From: Raillietiella orientalis
Lineage: Eukaryota
Length of the DNA: 64,000 nt
Direction of reading: 5' to 3'
Assembly (NCBI GenBank): GCA_036172245.1
Contig: JAYWIR010000102.1
Span: 62,001-126,000, forward strand
Below are positions 51,780 to 63,462 of the stretch, piece after piece; the first letter of the stretch is position 1; every line of letters starts with the position of its first letter. The notes beneath the pieces are model-generated. The model saw nothing but the letters and a program-made list of their open reading frames with translations. It did no database searches and had not been told where the DNA came from. Both the position numbers and the translations under genes were made by a program.

Positions 51780-51818
51780 TCGATGGCGCATCCCGGGGAT
51801 CCCGGGATGCGCCATCGA
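51780..51818. repeat. Perfect 18-bp inverted repeat, 3-nt loop
   Basis: TCGATGGCGCATCCCGGG-gat-CCCGGGATGCGCCATCGA. Confidence 0.95.
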
Positions 51819-52942
51819 TCGCTCTCAGGAACGCTCCCTCGCCCGGGACGTCTCGTTAGGGCGGCCCAAATGAACGCTGACGGAGATGAGTGGGTCGGGC
51901 CCGCTCCCTGATGAGGGAGGCCTAATTGCGTAATGCGATTTCCTCCCCCCTCTCTCCCTTTTTTTTTGGAGGGGGGGAGGGGGGAAGCCGCCGTCTCCGC
52001 AGAGGAAGAGCTGCTGGGGCCCACGGAGCGCCATGAAGGAGACACACTTGGAGGGGCGGAAGTGGTGCCCTCCCTCTCCAGGAAAAACCCCCACCCTCCT
52101 CCGAGGTGCTCGCTTTTTTCTTCCTTCTCGGGAAGCAGCCGCACCCGCTCCGCCCGTCCTGAACGCCGCGAACCCGAGGGCGGCTCGCCCTTTCCAAAGC
52201 GATGCTGGTCCCCAAGCCTCGGTGTCTTTGTTCCGCCGTCCGGACCAGGGCACGCCAGACGAGTCCTGGCACGTCCCCCGTGGCGCGATCGGAGGACTGC
52301 GGCCCCGCCCCGTCGGTCCGTCGAGGGCGCAGGGGGGGGCAGGATGCACCTTGTCGGACAGAGCAGAGGAGCAGGGAAGGTGGGTGAGGAAAGGGGGAGA
52401 TGAGCGCGCGAGCTGTGTCCCCTCCTCTCCCTCTCATCCCGGGCGACCCGGAGCGGGGAAGAAGCCGCGGAGCTTCGTCTGGACCGAGAGGGCTGCCGCT
52501 CGCGCGCGCGAGGGCCCTGCAGGGCGGACGGAGGGGATGGCAGCAAACGCTCCCACACTAATCGTGCCGCCTCATCTGGAGGGGTGGATGGGAGGAGCCA
52601 ATCCGATCAACCCGAGTCCCGCCGTTTCGTCCCCGTTGCATCCCCTCCGGGGGGAGGCGGGATCACGACTGTCGCCCAAGAGAGGGGGCCCATGAGGACT
52701 CTCTTCCGGGGACCGAGGCTCCCCAGGAGAGGAGGGGAGCCGCCCTCCGTTCCATCCGCCGCCGCGGTTGTCGCCCCTGCGGGTCGGCCGTGCGGGAGGC
52801 CCCTCCCCCAATGAAGGGAGGGGGACCGGTGCTTCATCTGCCCCCGTTCTTGTCTTCCTCCTTCCTTCAAGCCTGCCTTCGTCCCGCACTGCGCAGCGCC
52901 GGACGGGGAGCAGGCAGGAATTCGAACAAGCGGTCCCCAGCG

Positions 52943-53112
52943 TGACGTCACACGCGGAGGCAGCCAGGCAGGCGCGTCCGCCTGTTTTCTCCGCTTCGTT
53001 TTTTGCGCAGCGGCTACAGCGGCCTGACTGCGCGCAATTCGATACAGGAAGTCAACTTCCTGCCGCCCTGGGGCGGATGTGCGTAGCCAAGATGGCGTCG
53101 ATGGGCGCGAAA
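52943..53112. promoter_or_regulatory. CpG-rich, possibly bidirectional promoter cluster
   Basis: CRE TGACGTCA at 52943, inverted ETS pair CAGGAAGT-ca-ACTTCCTG at 53045-53062, YY1 CAAGATGGCG at 53088, canonical E2F GGGCGCGAAA at 53103. Confidence 0.6.
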
Positions 53113-54537
53113 TCAGCCCTCGTGGACGGATGCAGCGCAAGCGCTCGCTCGCTGTAATGCTGGGGAGGTTTACACCTGGGTACGCCCGGGGCGGTAATGC
53201 TGGGGAGGGGTAGGGCCGGGCCGATGGGAGTCCACTGCACGACCGTGGGTGCGCGTAGCTGCAGTAGCGGAGGAACCGTGCTCCTCCGGGCCGCGCGCGC
53301 GGGTACGCAACCGCGGCGAAATGTACTCATCGTACCGGCTGCGCAGCCCGAGGCGCATCTATGGCGTCGCGCGCGTAAGGAGCCCTCCGAAACCGCCGCG
53401 CGTTACTGCAGGCAGGCTCCCCCCTTCTTTCCCTTCCCCCCTCCCCGCATCCTTCTCTGCTGCTGCTGCTGACTACCGGGGAGACCACCCAAACGACCAG
53501 GCCCGGGACAGGGGAAATGGAAGGGCCACCGAGATGCGTGGCGCGTGCGGCCTGGGCGCCACGCATCTCGCTAACTGGGGGCGTTGTCGTGCTCCGGAGG
53601 GGGTTGTTGCGAGGTCACCTGGGCAGCCAGGATGCGCTTGCGAAATGGAAGCACCTCGGAGCGCCAGTCCGGAGAGGACGGGCAGCCAGAATGCCCAGAG
53701 CGAAGCGGCAGTGCTCTCCGCTCCGGGAGGTGCCCCCCGCCTCCCGATTCTTTCCGGGAAAGGCGGGATCAGGAAGTGCGTCGTCTCCTTCCCGACCACC
53801 TTTGCCGCCCCCTCTGTTTTTCCCGCCACGCTGCGAAGCTTCCGCTGCATGCCGCTGGATGGAGGCAGTAGCATCCCGCCTGTGCGTTGCGTTTCGCTGG
53901 TCGCCCTCGTTGGCCCAACAGCGGGGAGGCGAAGGTCGTGGCGGGGGAAAAGGAGGACCTTTCCAGGGCGAGAAACGACTCTCACTTGCGCGGAGCCAAC
54001 GGGGGGTCTCGACCGTTCGTACCCCTCATGCGCGCGTTCACCTCCGTGACTTTCCTTGCCCTTCCCAGAAGGGTGGGCAGGGGGGCAGGGAATGAAAGCA
54101 CACGGGGATAGGAGAGAGGAGAGAAAGGCACCCTCGTGACACCCTCTCTTCGCTTTCAGCGGCCGTGGGCCGCGCTCGAGGCAACTTTTTTGTGGTGAAG
54201 ATACTTAGGAGAGAGCAGAGGGCTCTGTGCTTCGCTCCCCCTCCCCCCGTCTTGGTGAAGGTCCGAAGGGCTCGATGCGCATCATCCTTCGCCAGAGTGC
54301 CTCCCGCTGAAGAGAGGGTAGCTGGGGTTCCCGTCCCTTTGCGGGAGGAGGGCCCGTGCTATCTGGAAGAGAATGGTGAGGCGCGCGCCAGAGAGTCCCC
54401 GGGCGGATCATCTCGGCAAGGCCCCTCGTACCCCGCGTCTATCAGGAGACATGGCGCGCGCATCCTCCGCCGCCGGGCCGCTCCCTCAAGTCGCTCCCGT
54501 GACGGAGATGCGCGGTCCCGAGGCGCGGGAGGGAGGC

Positions 54538-54548
54538 CGCTTAAAAGT
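54538..54548 (+). promoter_or_regulatory. TATA-like element upstream of the RYamide precursor
   Basis: Isolated TTAAAAG at 54541-54547 in a very GC-rich context, ~115 nt upstream of the ATG. Confidence 0.35.
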
Positions 54549-54655
54549 CGGCCGGACGGCGGCGGCGACTCGAGCCGACCGGACTGGCTGGTGGTTGCCG
54601 GGGCAGCAGCCGCCTCAGCACGGACCCCGACAGCGCAGCACAGCGTCCTTCAGCC

Positions 54656-56738
54656 ATGGTGAGTCTCTCTCCCCCGCCTCTCCTCTCCTCTGTCTTTGCA
54701 GATTGCGAGGACCGCGGCTATCGCGTTGCTGCTCGTCGCTTTCGCGGCCGCCGGGCGCTCCCAACAGGGCGCACCCTCGTCTCAGGAGAGGGCCAAAAGT
54801 AAGTCTCCCATCCCCCACCCCAGGGCCTCGGGACCGTCCTGCCCTCCTCCTCCAGGGCATCCCCAGAGGTACGGAGGAGGGGCAGGAAGCGAAAGGGGTG
54901 AGGGACCCACGGGACGGCCTGGTGACTCCCCAGGGGCGCCGTCCGCGGTCGCCTGCGGGGGCCTCGGATTTTCTCCTCTCGCCGGCGCTGCGCGCGCCCT
55001 CAACTGAGGCCGCCTTGCGGAGACGGGTGCGAGGATGCCCGCGGAGAGCGAGGGTCTGACCTCCCTTCATACGCATCTCTCGCGTCCCTGCTGGAAATTC
55101 CTCCCCTGAGGAGTCCCGGAGGGGAAGTTCCCCCCGGCGAGTGGGGTGCCGGGCGGCCGCCCCACGGCCCTTTCCATCCGACCCTTGGGCGACTGCGCTG
55201 CGGAGCTTTGCTGACCATCGCTGGATGGCAGCGGGGGGCGCGCGCACTGCGGGCGGGCCCGGGGCGACGGGAAGACATCAGTTTCGTCTTGCCCGTTCCA
55301 GGAAACGTGGAGAAGTTTTATCCCGGGAGCAGATTCGGCAGGACGAGCGGCGGGTGGACCGCCGGCAGACTCGGGATGGTCTCCAAGGAGACGCCGAGGA
55401 TCGTCTCCACCTTCCACAAGGGCACGCGCTTCGGTCGGAGGTCCGAAGGCGCCATGGAAAACCGAGGTAAGGTCCGGCCTGCGGGTCGCCTCGAAGTGTC
55501 CCTCCAGGCTTCGCCTGGTGCCGAGAGCGCACTGCCGCGGGCGCCCCCGCTCGAGACGGTCCGTAGGTCTCCGTGGCTCTCCGTGGATCTTCCCCTCTCC
55601 CCCGGGGGCCCTTCGATCGTTTCGACTTAGGGGGGCCTTTCGACAAAGGGGGGCCTTTCGACTGCTGCTGACTAGGGCTTGCCACGCGTGAAGCCGTGCG
55701 AGTCCCCTCGAAAAACGTCCCGTGAGATCCCGCGTGTCAGGCGCGAATTGACCTCTCTCTCCAGCAGGGGGATGCTGAAGACATCCCAAGGGAGTTTGGC
55801 GGACCATCCAGTGCAGAGGGCCGGGAGACCCTCTCCGCGAATCCAAAGGCCCCCGGTCCGTCGCCTCCGGGGATGACGGGGACGATCGCTCCGAGACAGC
55901 AGGGATGCTTTCAGGGGCATCCCGGCTCTGCGTGCGAGCCTCTGAGTCTCCGCGTCCACCGACCATTCCTCCGTCCGCCCTCTTCGGCGTGGCTCCTTTC
56001 CGCTCGACTGGTTGGCCCCTCGCCGCATCGTCTTCTGGCCGGTCGCGGCTCTGCCCACTGGGGGAACTCTCTTCCGGAACGGCGGGCCCATCTCCCGTTC
56101 GCCCGATGTTCTACTCGGGATCGCTGGGGGGGAGGGAAGGAAAGGCGGGAGCGAGGGCGGGGGCGGGTAGCCATGCCGACGCGCGCAGCAGCAACCTTTG
56201 AGCCGGCGACTTCGAAATTGGACGGCGCTTTTGGTAAAGCGAGGCGCGAAGTGTCTGCCGTCGCAGCCAGCGAGGAGCACACTCGAAAAGCTCAGCACGA
56301 CTCAACCAAAGGACCCTCGTTTTCGCAAAGACATCAGTACGAGGTCGCCGGAGAGCGCAAAATGTGCCGCGACCCTGAAGGTTCCACAAAAACTGCCCCC
56401 AAAAATTTTTTTCGTTTCATTTCGGGAGCGGGTCAGTCGGCGCGGGTCTCATCCTAAGGCGACCTCCGTGCGCTCGCACGCACAGAGCAAAGCGTCGCAG
56501 AGGCTCCACCTGACGTTCGGGGTGTTCGTCAGCAGCCCTCAGGCTCCAAAATGATCCGACGTTGTACCAGGAGTCCCGTGCTTCGCGCGCGTTTCGACTT
56601 CGGCCGATGCAGTCTGCTGTTCCTGATTCCTGCTTAATGCGTTCCATTGCAGCTCTTCAAGTGGCTTCGACCAACGGCGAAGACAGGCTGGCGTGTCTTT
56701 ACGTGGGACTCGGCGAGCTGTTCAAATGCTACAGGTAA
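54656..56738 (+). CDS. RYa: RYamide/luqin-family neuropeptide precursor (~116 aa)
   Basis: Exons 54656-54658 (ATG), 54702-54798, 55302-55466 and 56653-56738. Signal peptide MIARTAAIALLLVAFAAAGRS; KR-NVEKFYPGSRF-GR; R-IVSTFHKGTRF-GRR; C-terminal two-Cys motif LACLYVGLGELFKCYR typical of RYamide/luqin precursors. The end could instead splice at GTAACG (56735). Confidence 0.88.
55620..55662 (+). repeat. Short tandem repeat, ~18-nt unit, ~2.5 copies
   Basis: TTTCGAC-nn-AGGGGGGCC repeated, in RYamide intron 3. Confidence 0.7.
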
Positions 56739-59700
56739 CGCGTGCCCAGGAAGGTACGAATGTGCGCGCATGGTTCCCGCGGCTTTCTGTCTGGGTGTGC
56801 CCTTGGAACACGACCGGCTGGTCCGAGAGGTGCTGTTGGGTGCGGATCGCGTTCGCAACTCGCACCTCCAGTTGTGGAAAGAGAGAGAGAGAGAGAGACG
56901 GAGAAATCGTCTCTTGCAAACCGTGCCGATGTTGAGCAATCTGTTCTCGTGGAACACAGCTGCAGCTCACCACGTACGTAAAACGCACTTCTTCTTCTCA
57001 AAGGAAGCAGAAGCTGCGAGGACTTGATGGCAGCTTCCTTGCTCACCGTTGCCGGTCCTATTCTTGAGTCGTATCCTCAGGCGGTGTTTCCGCGCTTGGA
57101 TTCGCTTTCCTCGACGGCACATGCATTTGTTTACGTACACGAAGCGTGACTGACGTCCGATCGAATTCGGCTTCCATTTCCCAGCAGCTGATTCCCTCGA
57201 AGAAGCAACCGCTATTTGCGCCGTCTTCACATCTTCAGGTTCCGAGAAGGGACCCTTGAATTCCCTCTTCCAACACTTTGTCGGTTTGAAGTGGATGGGT
57301 AACCTGCCGCTGAGCGTGTTCGTAGGTTTCGTTTCCTCCAGCCTGTATCCTTACACGTCGACGGTCTGCTTTGAGTCCCTGTGCTGAGCCACTACCGAGT
57401 TACCACCGGCAGCACACGCTGCAGACTCCAACCACACGAGACCGAACGCTTTTCATGCTTGTTGTAGACAACAAGGAGCCTTAGATATGGGTATGGAACA
57501 AAGGTAAGGCACAGCGATGAACAGCGAAGATACGTGAAAGCACGAGCAAACGGACAGACAACGAAAGGACGGATGCACTTCCGAGGCGCATCAGACAGAG
57601 TAAGGAGGGAAAGGGAAAAAATTGAAATCGCTTCCCGGGAGATTGATTGGGTTTTTCTAGAGATGACCAAAGTATGGGCCCTCTCTGGAAAGAGTGTTAC
57701 GACCGTATTCGTGATTTTGCTCTTTGAATCGAACCCTCCGAACCAATCCAATTGCGAACTAACCGCTGCGATCCGCTGTTGCTGCCGATTTTCAAAACAA
57801 ATCGTCTCATGCTGTTACGACGTTGCAGATTGGAAAGCAGTCACCGTGTGCCCACTCTCCAGAAGACCAATTTTCCACAGATCTGACGCCGGCGAAACCC
57901 AGATCACGGGCCCAACTCTTGAATTCAAAAGGACCGCTGCGTCATTCGCGTCCTGATGTTTTGGTGATGTACGTGCTGAGCAGTAAAATTTTGTCAAAGT
58001 TTAAGAGACTCAGATTCTTTCGATGTGGCGGGCACCGCTGGTGCAGTGCGACCGCCCGTCGGACGCTTCCGCTTGCGAAGCGCCGCCCGTGGCACGGCCC
58101 GCCCGTGGCTCTCTCCCGTCGAAGGGGAACCGAAAAAGACAAGACAGGGGCAGGGAAAGCGACTTGTTCTCCCGTCGGCCCGGTTCGCAGCCGTGGGTCC
58201 GTTGCCGACAGAGTCTCATGACGTCAGCGGACACCACACACCGGAATCTCGCACCTGAGGGCACCGCGGACACTCACGCTGGGTGTGTCGGGCGCGCGAC
58301 GCCCACGCGTTCGTCGCGCCCCGGCACGGTGGGAAAGGCGCCACGAGGTCACGGGCACCTCAGCTCCCTCCCTCTCTGCCACGTAGGATCAACCCAAAAA
58401 GTAGGCAGGTCTCACACAGAAGGAAAGGGAAAGTCCTTCGAAGGGCAGTCGTTCTGGGAATGTCGACGCTTCCTTCTGCATCGGCGCAATAAAGAAGATA
58501 CTGCGAGCGAATTGTGGCGATCAGGCAGAGAGCGCCGATACGATAAAATCCCGCTATTATCAATTCCAGATGAACAGGATCTCATGCTCGGTGGCAGTGG
58601 CTTCCTGAGTGCTCATCATAAATAGGGACACGCAGAGAGAGTGAGTGTGAGCGCTTGAATGCATCGGAGTACCCTCAAAAAGCAGCCCCCCGTGGGTGGG
58701 GACTTTCCACACTTGCAAGGAAATCCCCAGCCGAAGCACCACCCTTTTTATTCGTGTGGTAAACGAAAAATTGCTTCTCCTGCCTTTTTTCGTTTTTTGC
58801 TCTTGCTTAGAGACCGGACGTTGGTTTCCAGCCACCGCATCGCTTCAATAGATGACGTGAACCGCAGGCATTCTTCCTGCTTCTCAAGACAGTCGGCGAG
58901 CTTCGCACTTCAGGAACGAAATGGAGCCCCGAAAGAGGTTTATGGTACCTTCATTCCGGAAGAATCTCCCCTCACGGTTGAGCTCAAACTCGGATCATTA
59001 TTAAGCAGTGCTTTTGTAATGCTTTGAACGAAGCAGAAGCCTCATCTCCCAACAGGGGCAGCGCTCTGCCGGGATGCAGAATCATCTGCTTCGGCGTGCA
59101 TCCTGTTCTCTCTCTTCCACCTTAATTCGCCGTCAGCACGGGTCGAACCTCAAGTACGCCTGAGATTCCCACATCCTTGAAGGGAAAACACACGCACATT
59201 GAGCTGTGCTATCTGAAGCAGATGGCACAACGATTCAATCAGATTACGAAGGATGCGAAACTTGCCAGGGCGTGGTGGATTTCTGCGAAGAGTCGGCAAA
59301 GATGAAAGCCCAAAACACTTGCGTTGCGAAGGAAGTCAGGGAGACGGCCCCCCGTGGCAACGCGAGAGGCAGTTTTGCATCGTTCGGGATGCCATCCGCT
59401 TCCAAGGAAGCACTCCTTTGGGGCTCCCGAGGTTTTCTTGCAGGCAGGCCACGCTCTTCCTTCCTTAATCTGGAAACGACAGTTCTCGTGTATTCAAGAA
59501 AGAAATTTGGTGAGATTAGATGATTTGCTTTTATGAGCTGGCTTAGTAGGCCACCTTGGACCAAGATGCACCAACACCACTCCTAAAAATAGGCCAGCAG
59601 GAATTTTAGCATGGAATCATAAATCGATAGGTAACGAAAAACTGGGAGTGTGGAGGAGAGCTGAAACATACTGCCGCTGCCTTCGAACGTGTCCTTGCCG

Positions 59701-62700
59701 GGGAGAGGGGGGGGGGGAGGGAAAAAAAGAAAAAGTTTGTGTTCCCTTATCAGTTCAGTGGAAGGTCGCATCCCGTGCCCCCAAGTTTTTGACCAGGTAC
59801 TCCATTTCACCAGAGTCAGTGTCGTTGGTGGTGCACATGGGAGACGGCAATTACAATATTGCAGAAGTCACGGACGACGCAATGTCTAATATTAAAGCTT
59901 AATTGCCTTCGAGTATCGCTTTGGAGGAAGGAAGACGACCATTTTAAAAACTGCCATAGGCAGCAGGTGTGCGATTTTAAAAAAAGGCTTTGTGTCCCTG
60001 TAAAGGGGGAAAAAGAAGGAAGAAGACTGAGGGCAGAAAGGCCGCTTCCGAAACACATCGGATCCGTTTCCTGATGTCGCGCGCCTCGTGGAAATCCGAT
60101 CTTCCTCATCGGGTCATTGAGGTCACCTGTCCTTCCGGATGAATTTCTTTCTTTGCCTTGGGTACTTCGCTCTTCAGGTGCGCGACCCAAAACTTCAAAC
60201 TGAATCAACAGCTAATTTTTAAAGCAGAGACCCACCCACAACTCCTCCTGGACGCCCTCTACGAGGTTTGGCCAAGTAAAAAGTATGTGTGTGCGGCTTA
60301 AACGATGTGTAAACGGTGCTTAATGATTTCTTCTGTTCGAACTTCTAAAGTTTCATTTAAAGTTCAAACTACTGATTGCCTGCGCTGCTTAGCCCACATT
60401 AATTTCGAATTTGGGAAAACTGATTAGAAGAGGCCTCTCTGGGGCTTTGCGTAATCGGATGATGAGAATGAAAAGCGCGGGCAAGCAGCGCCTCGGGGAA
60501 CACCTCGGTGTTTGAGGAGAAGTTCGCTCGGGAGGGGAGAGGAGAGGGGCAGATAAAAAGGCGTCTTATCAGTACGCAGTATTTGGAAAAGCAAATTAAA
60601 GGAGAGCGGCGTGGTCTATCGGTCCGTGGTGCCCAGAAATGTGCAAAACAACAAGCCCAAGAACGGCGTTCTTCTGTCGAGAACGGTTGAAGAAGACGCG
60701 CCCCTCCCTTCGCGCCCGATTTCCCAGTGAGTTCATGAAAAGCAGAAGGAGAGATGCAGTCAGTGCCGTACTGATTTCGACGATAAAACGCAAATCCCAC
60801 GTGCCCCAATTCGTCAAGGGAAATGGGCCGCACCCACGACCACGTTTCGGGAAACATCAAAAGCACGCAAAAGGTGGCCTCAGGTGGGGTCGCCTAAGAA
60901 GTCATTTGCCTGCGTGGAACAACAAAGTGAATGCACACCAAGGAGGAGGAGCTTCGCTCCAGAAGCAGAATGAGCGCCTTCTTCAGGATGGAACCCGAAT
61001 TTTCAACGCATGCCATAGGGCCTAAGAGCAAAGGAAAGAAAGAAAGTCTGCCCCGACGCCGAGCTGTCAGCTTGAAAAGGTAAAAGAAGAAGAAGAGGAA
61101 AAGGAGAATCACCGAACATCTTCGCATGGAGAAACGAAAATTGGGACTCCCCCCAAACGCCGCAAGGAATCAGATGGACTCGGGCGATCCACCACGATTC
61201 AATTCATTTCTGTCTCGGTCCTCAATTAAGGATCTATCGAAAAGCAGGAAGTCTGGCTGCGATTTTCCCCCCACAAAAACGCGTAGGCGTGAACGATCTT
61301 TCCACGAAAACAGCGCTCGCAAACTCGGTGGCGCCCCATTATTTATAGATCTTAAAAAGAAGAAAAGTGAAGGAATGAGAAGGCAGCTGCAAATAACCTC
61401 ATGAGCAATAAAAAAGCATTCTATTTGAGCATGAGGCTTTATTTTAAGAGCCGAGTCTATTTTCAGCAGCAGCCAGCAGAAAGGGAGGAAGAGGTGGAGG
61501 GCATCCGGACCGAGGACGGAAGCGTTCTGCGGGCGTCCTCTGCTCCAAGCAACAGCGTTCCCCGGCAACCGATCCGTTCGTGGCCAACGGAGGAAAGAGG
61601 TGCTGCCTTGGAAATTATGGATCAACCTGAGGCGGGGCGCGGTCCCTCCGAACGAAAGATCCACTCGTTCGCTTCTGCAGCACGGGTGCCAAGTCACTTT
61701 GCACCCGCATTCACCAACAGCAAATGGCAGCAAATCGATCGCATAAACGATTCGCTGGAATCCGCATTTCAACTGTTCATATTCTTTCAAAGGTACAAAC
61801 AAACCGTAACGAATTGGAGCGGAGGCCATTCCGCGTTCAGATGCCACCGACGCTGCTTATCCGGCGGTTGGTGCTTTTCCGTGCACGACAGGGGTACCGA
61901 AATCCGATCGGAATTTCCAGTTCGCTTCGCTTCCAAAACAGCACGGCTACTCGGGAACGGTGTAGCCGAACACGCCGTGTTCGCCCGAAGACGAACCGCG
62001 TCTCCCACAATATCTCCCACTCTTTATCAGCAACCCAACGCGTGGCAATCGGATTCCTCCTGGCAAGAACGGTCGCCACCCCCATGAAAGTCTCGCCGTG
62101 CTCGGTTGCGAGCAAATCGATCATTTCGAAACGCCTTATTCCGACTGCGTGCTTCTCAGACACCGACGCACTCCTCCAAATGCGGTGGAAGACGATAACC
62201 GACCGCATGAAATAAGGGGATGAAAAAAAACCGAGATGGACCCCAGGCATTTGAACGAATCAACTTACAGAAGTGGGGGACGGCGGGGGGAAAGCTGCTG
62301 AAAGGGCATAACGGCACTGTGGCAGAAGGGAAAGGGGGCTCGTTCGAGGCTGAAAAGATGCACTTTTTTGACTGCACCTAGCTTCTAAAAGATCATCACA
62401 TTAGTGCGTGTACACCGAGCGGAAAGAAGGACAACGCTTAAAAAGTTGCCCATCCAGAAGGAACCTTAGCAGTCACAGTACTTTTAGCTTGCAGGCTCGC
62501 AAAAGGGGTTCTCGGCTCCGTGGACGAATGTGCCCCTTGCCTTCACTAGCTTCCTCTGAGGCGAAGGATGGCAATAAGACGCGTGCATGCTGCAATGCAG
62601 AAAAGCTCTTGGCACCACTGAATGCAAAAAATGTGCAGTCGCGATGCTTGAAAGCGCCGCCGTTCGAAGCTCATGGAGCAGCTCATGCAGCTGTCAATCA

Positions 62701-62853
62701 ATACACGCTCACGGTGCACGGCTCATTCTTGCAAATGATGTAATCCAATGGCACACAGAGCTCGTTGTTTTTGTGGGCACCAATGGGGAGAGAGAAAAAA
62801 AAAAAAAATGAAACTTCCGCTTTACAGAAGTTGAAGAGCGCTGCTACCGATAC

Positions 62854-63462
62854 CATCTCAGAGAGACACACTGCCAAAGATGTAATCAGCATTGCAAGAG
62901 CACGAAGACATGTGCCTATCAAGGAAAGCAAATGCGGGCACTGTGGAACATGGTAACTGTGAAACTCGGATGGCTAAACCCAACTCACTACCATGATCTC
63001 CAGTTTGTCAATCATCCACAGGAACACAAAGCTGAACAGGAAAGAAAGACCGAGTCTCCATTCAAGTACTCTCATACCGTTACTTCACTCTGCCCAGTAT
63101 GAACCAATGATGGAAACTGCTGCTAGTGTTCCCCCCAGATGCCACATATGGCTGTAGGTGTCATTGTAGGGGGGGTTTGGGCACCTGATGGGAGCAAAGC
63201 ATGCTTCCCTGAACATGTACACAGTATCTGGCAAACATCTGCATCAATTCACGGAAATTTTGATATTCCCCATTGCCAAAGATTCAACAAATCCCATGTT
63301 TTTGGTTGAGAATTACTTTCTGTGATCCAACTAAATTTCTCATAGTGGATCAGAATTTGACTTTATGGTTTACACAGGGCGAGCCTTTTTGGTAACGGTG
63401 CAGAAATCCGAATATGACGAACAACATTTCCCCATAAATCTCCACCATGTGGAACCCTTTGC
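62854..63462 (-). CDS. Putative spliced gene fragment, probably continuing toward or beyond the window end
   Basis: Phase-compatible candidate exons 63462-63376, 63330-63253, 63184-63089, 63031-62989 and 62940-62854, separated by 45-68 nt introns, in a CpG-poor region. Confidence 0.3.

Noticed and set aside
50792..56457. Long overlapping ORFs in the second GC block
   Set aside because: Same GC artefact; the supported coding signal here is the spliced RYamide precursor
57004..57302. Alternative last exons for the RYamide precursor (acceptors at ~57003 and ~57238)
   Set aside because: Cannot be chosen from sequence alone; reading through to AGG TAA at 56733-56738 already completes the precursor
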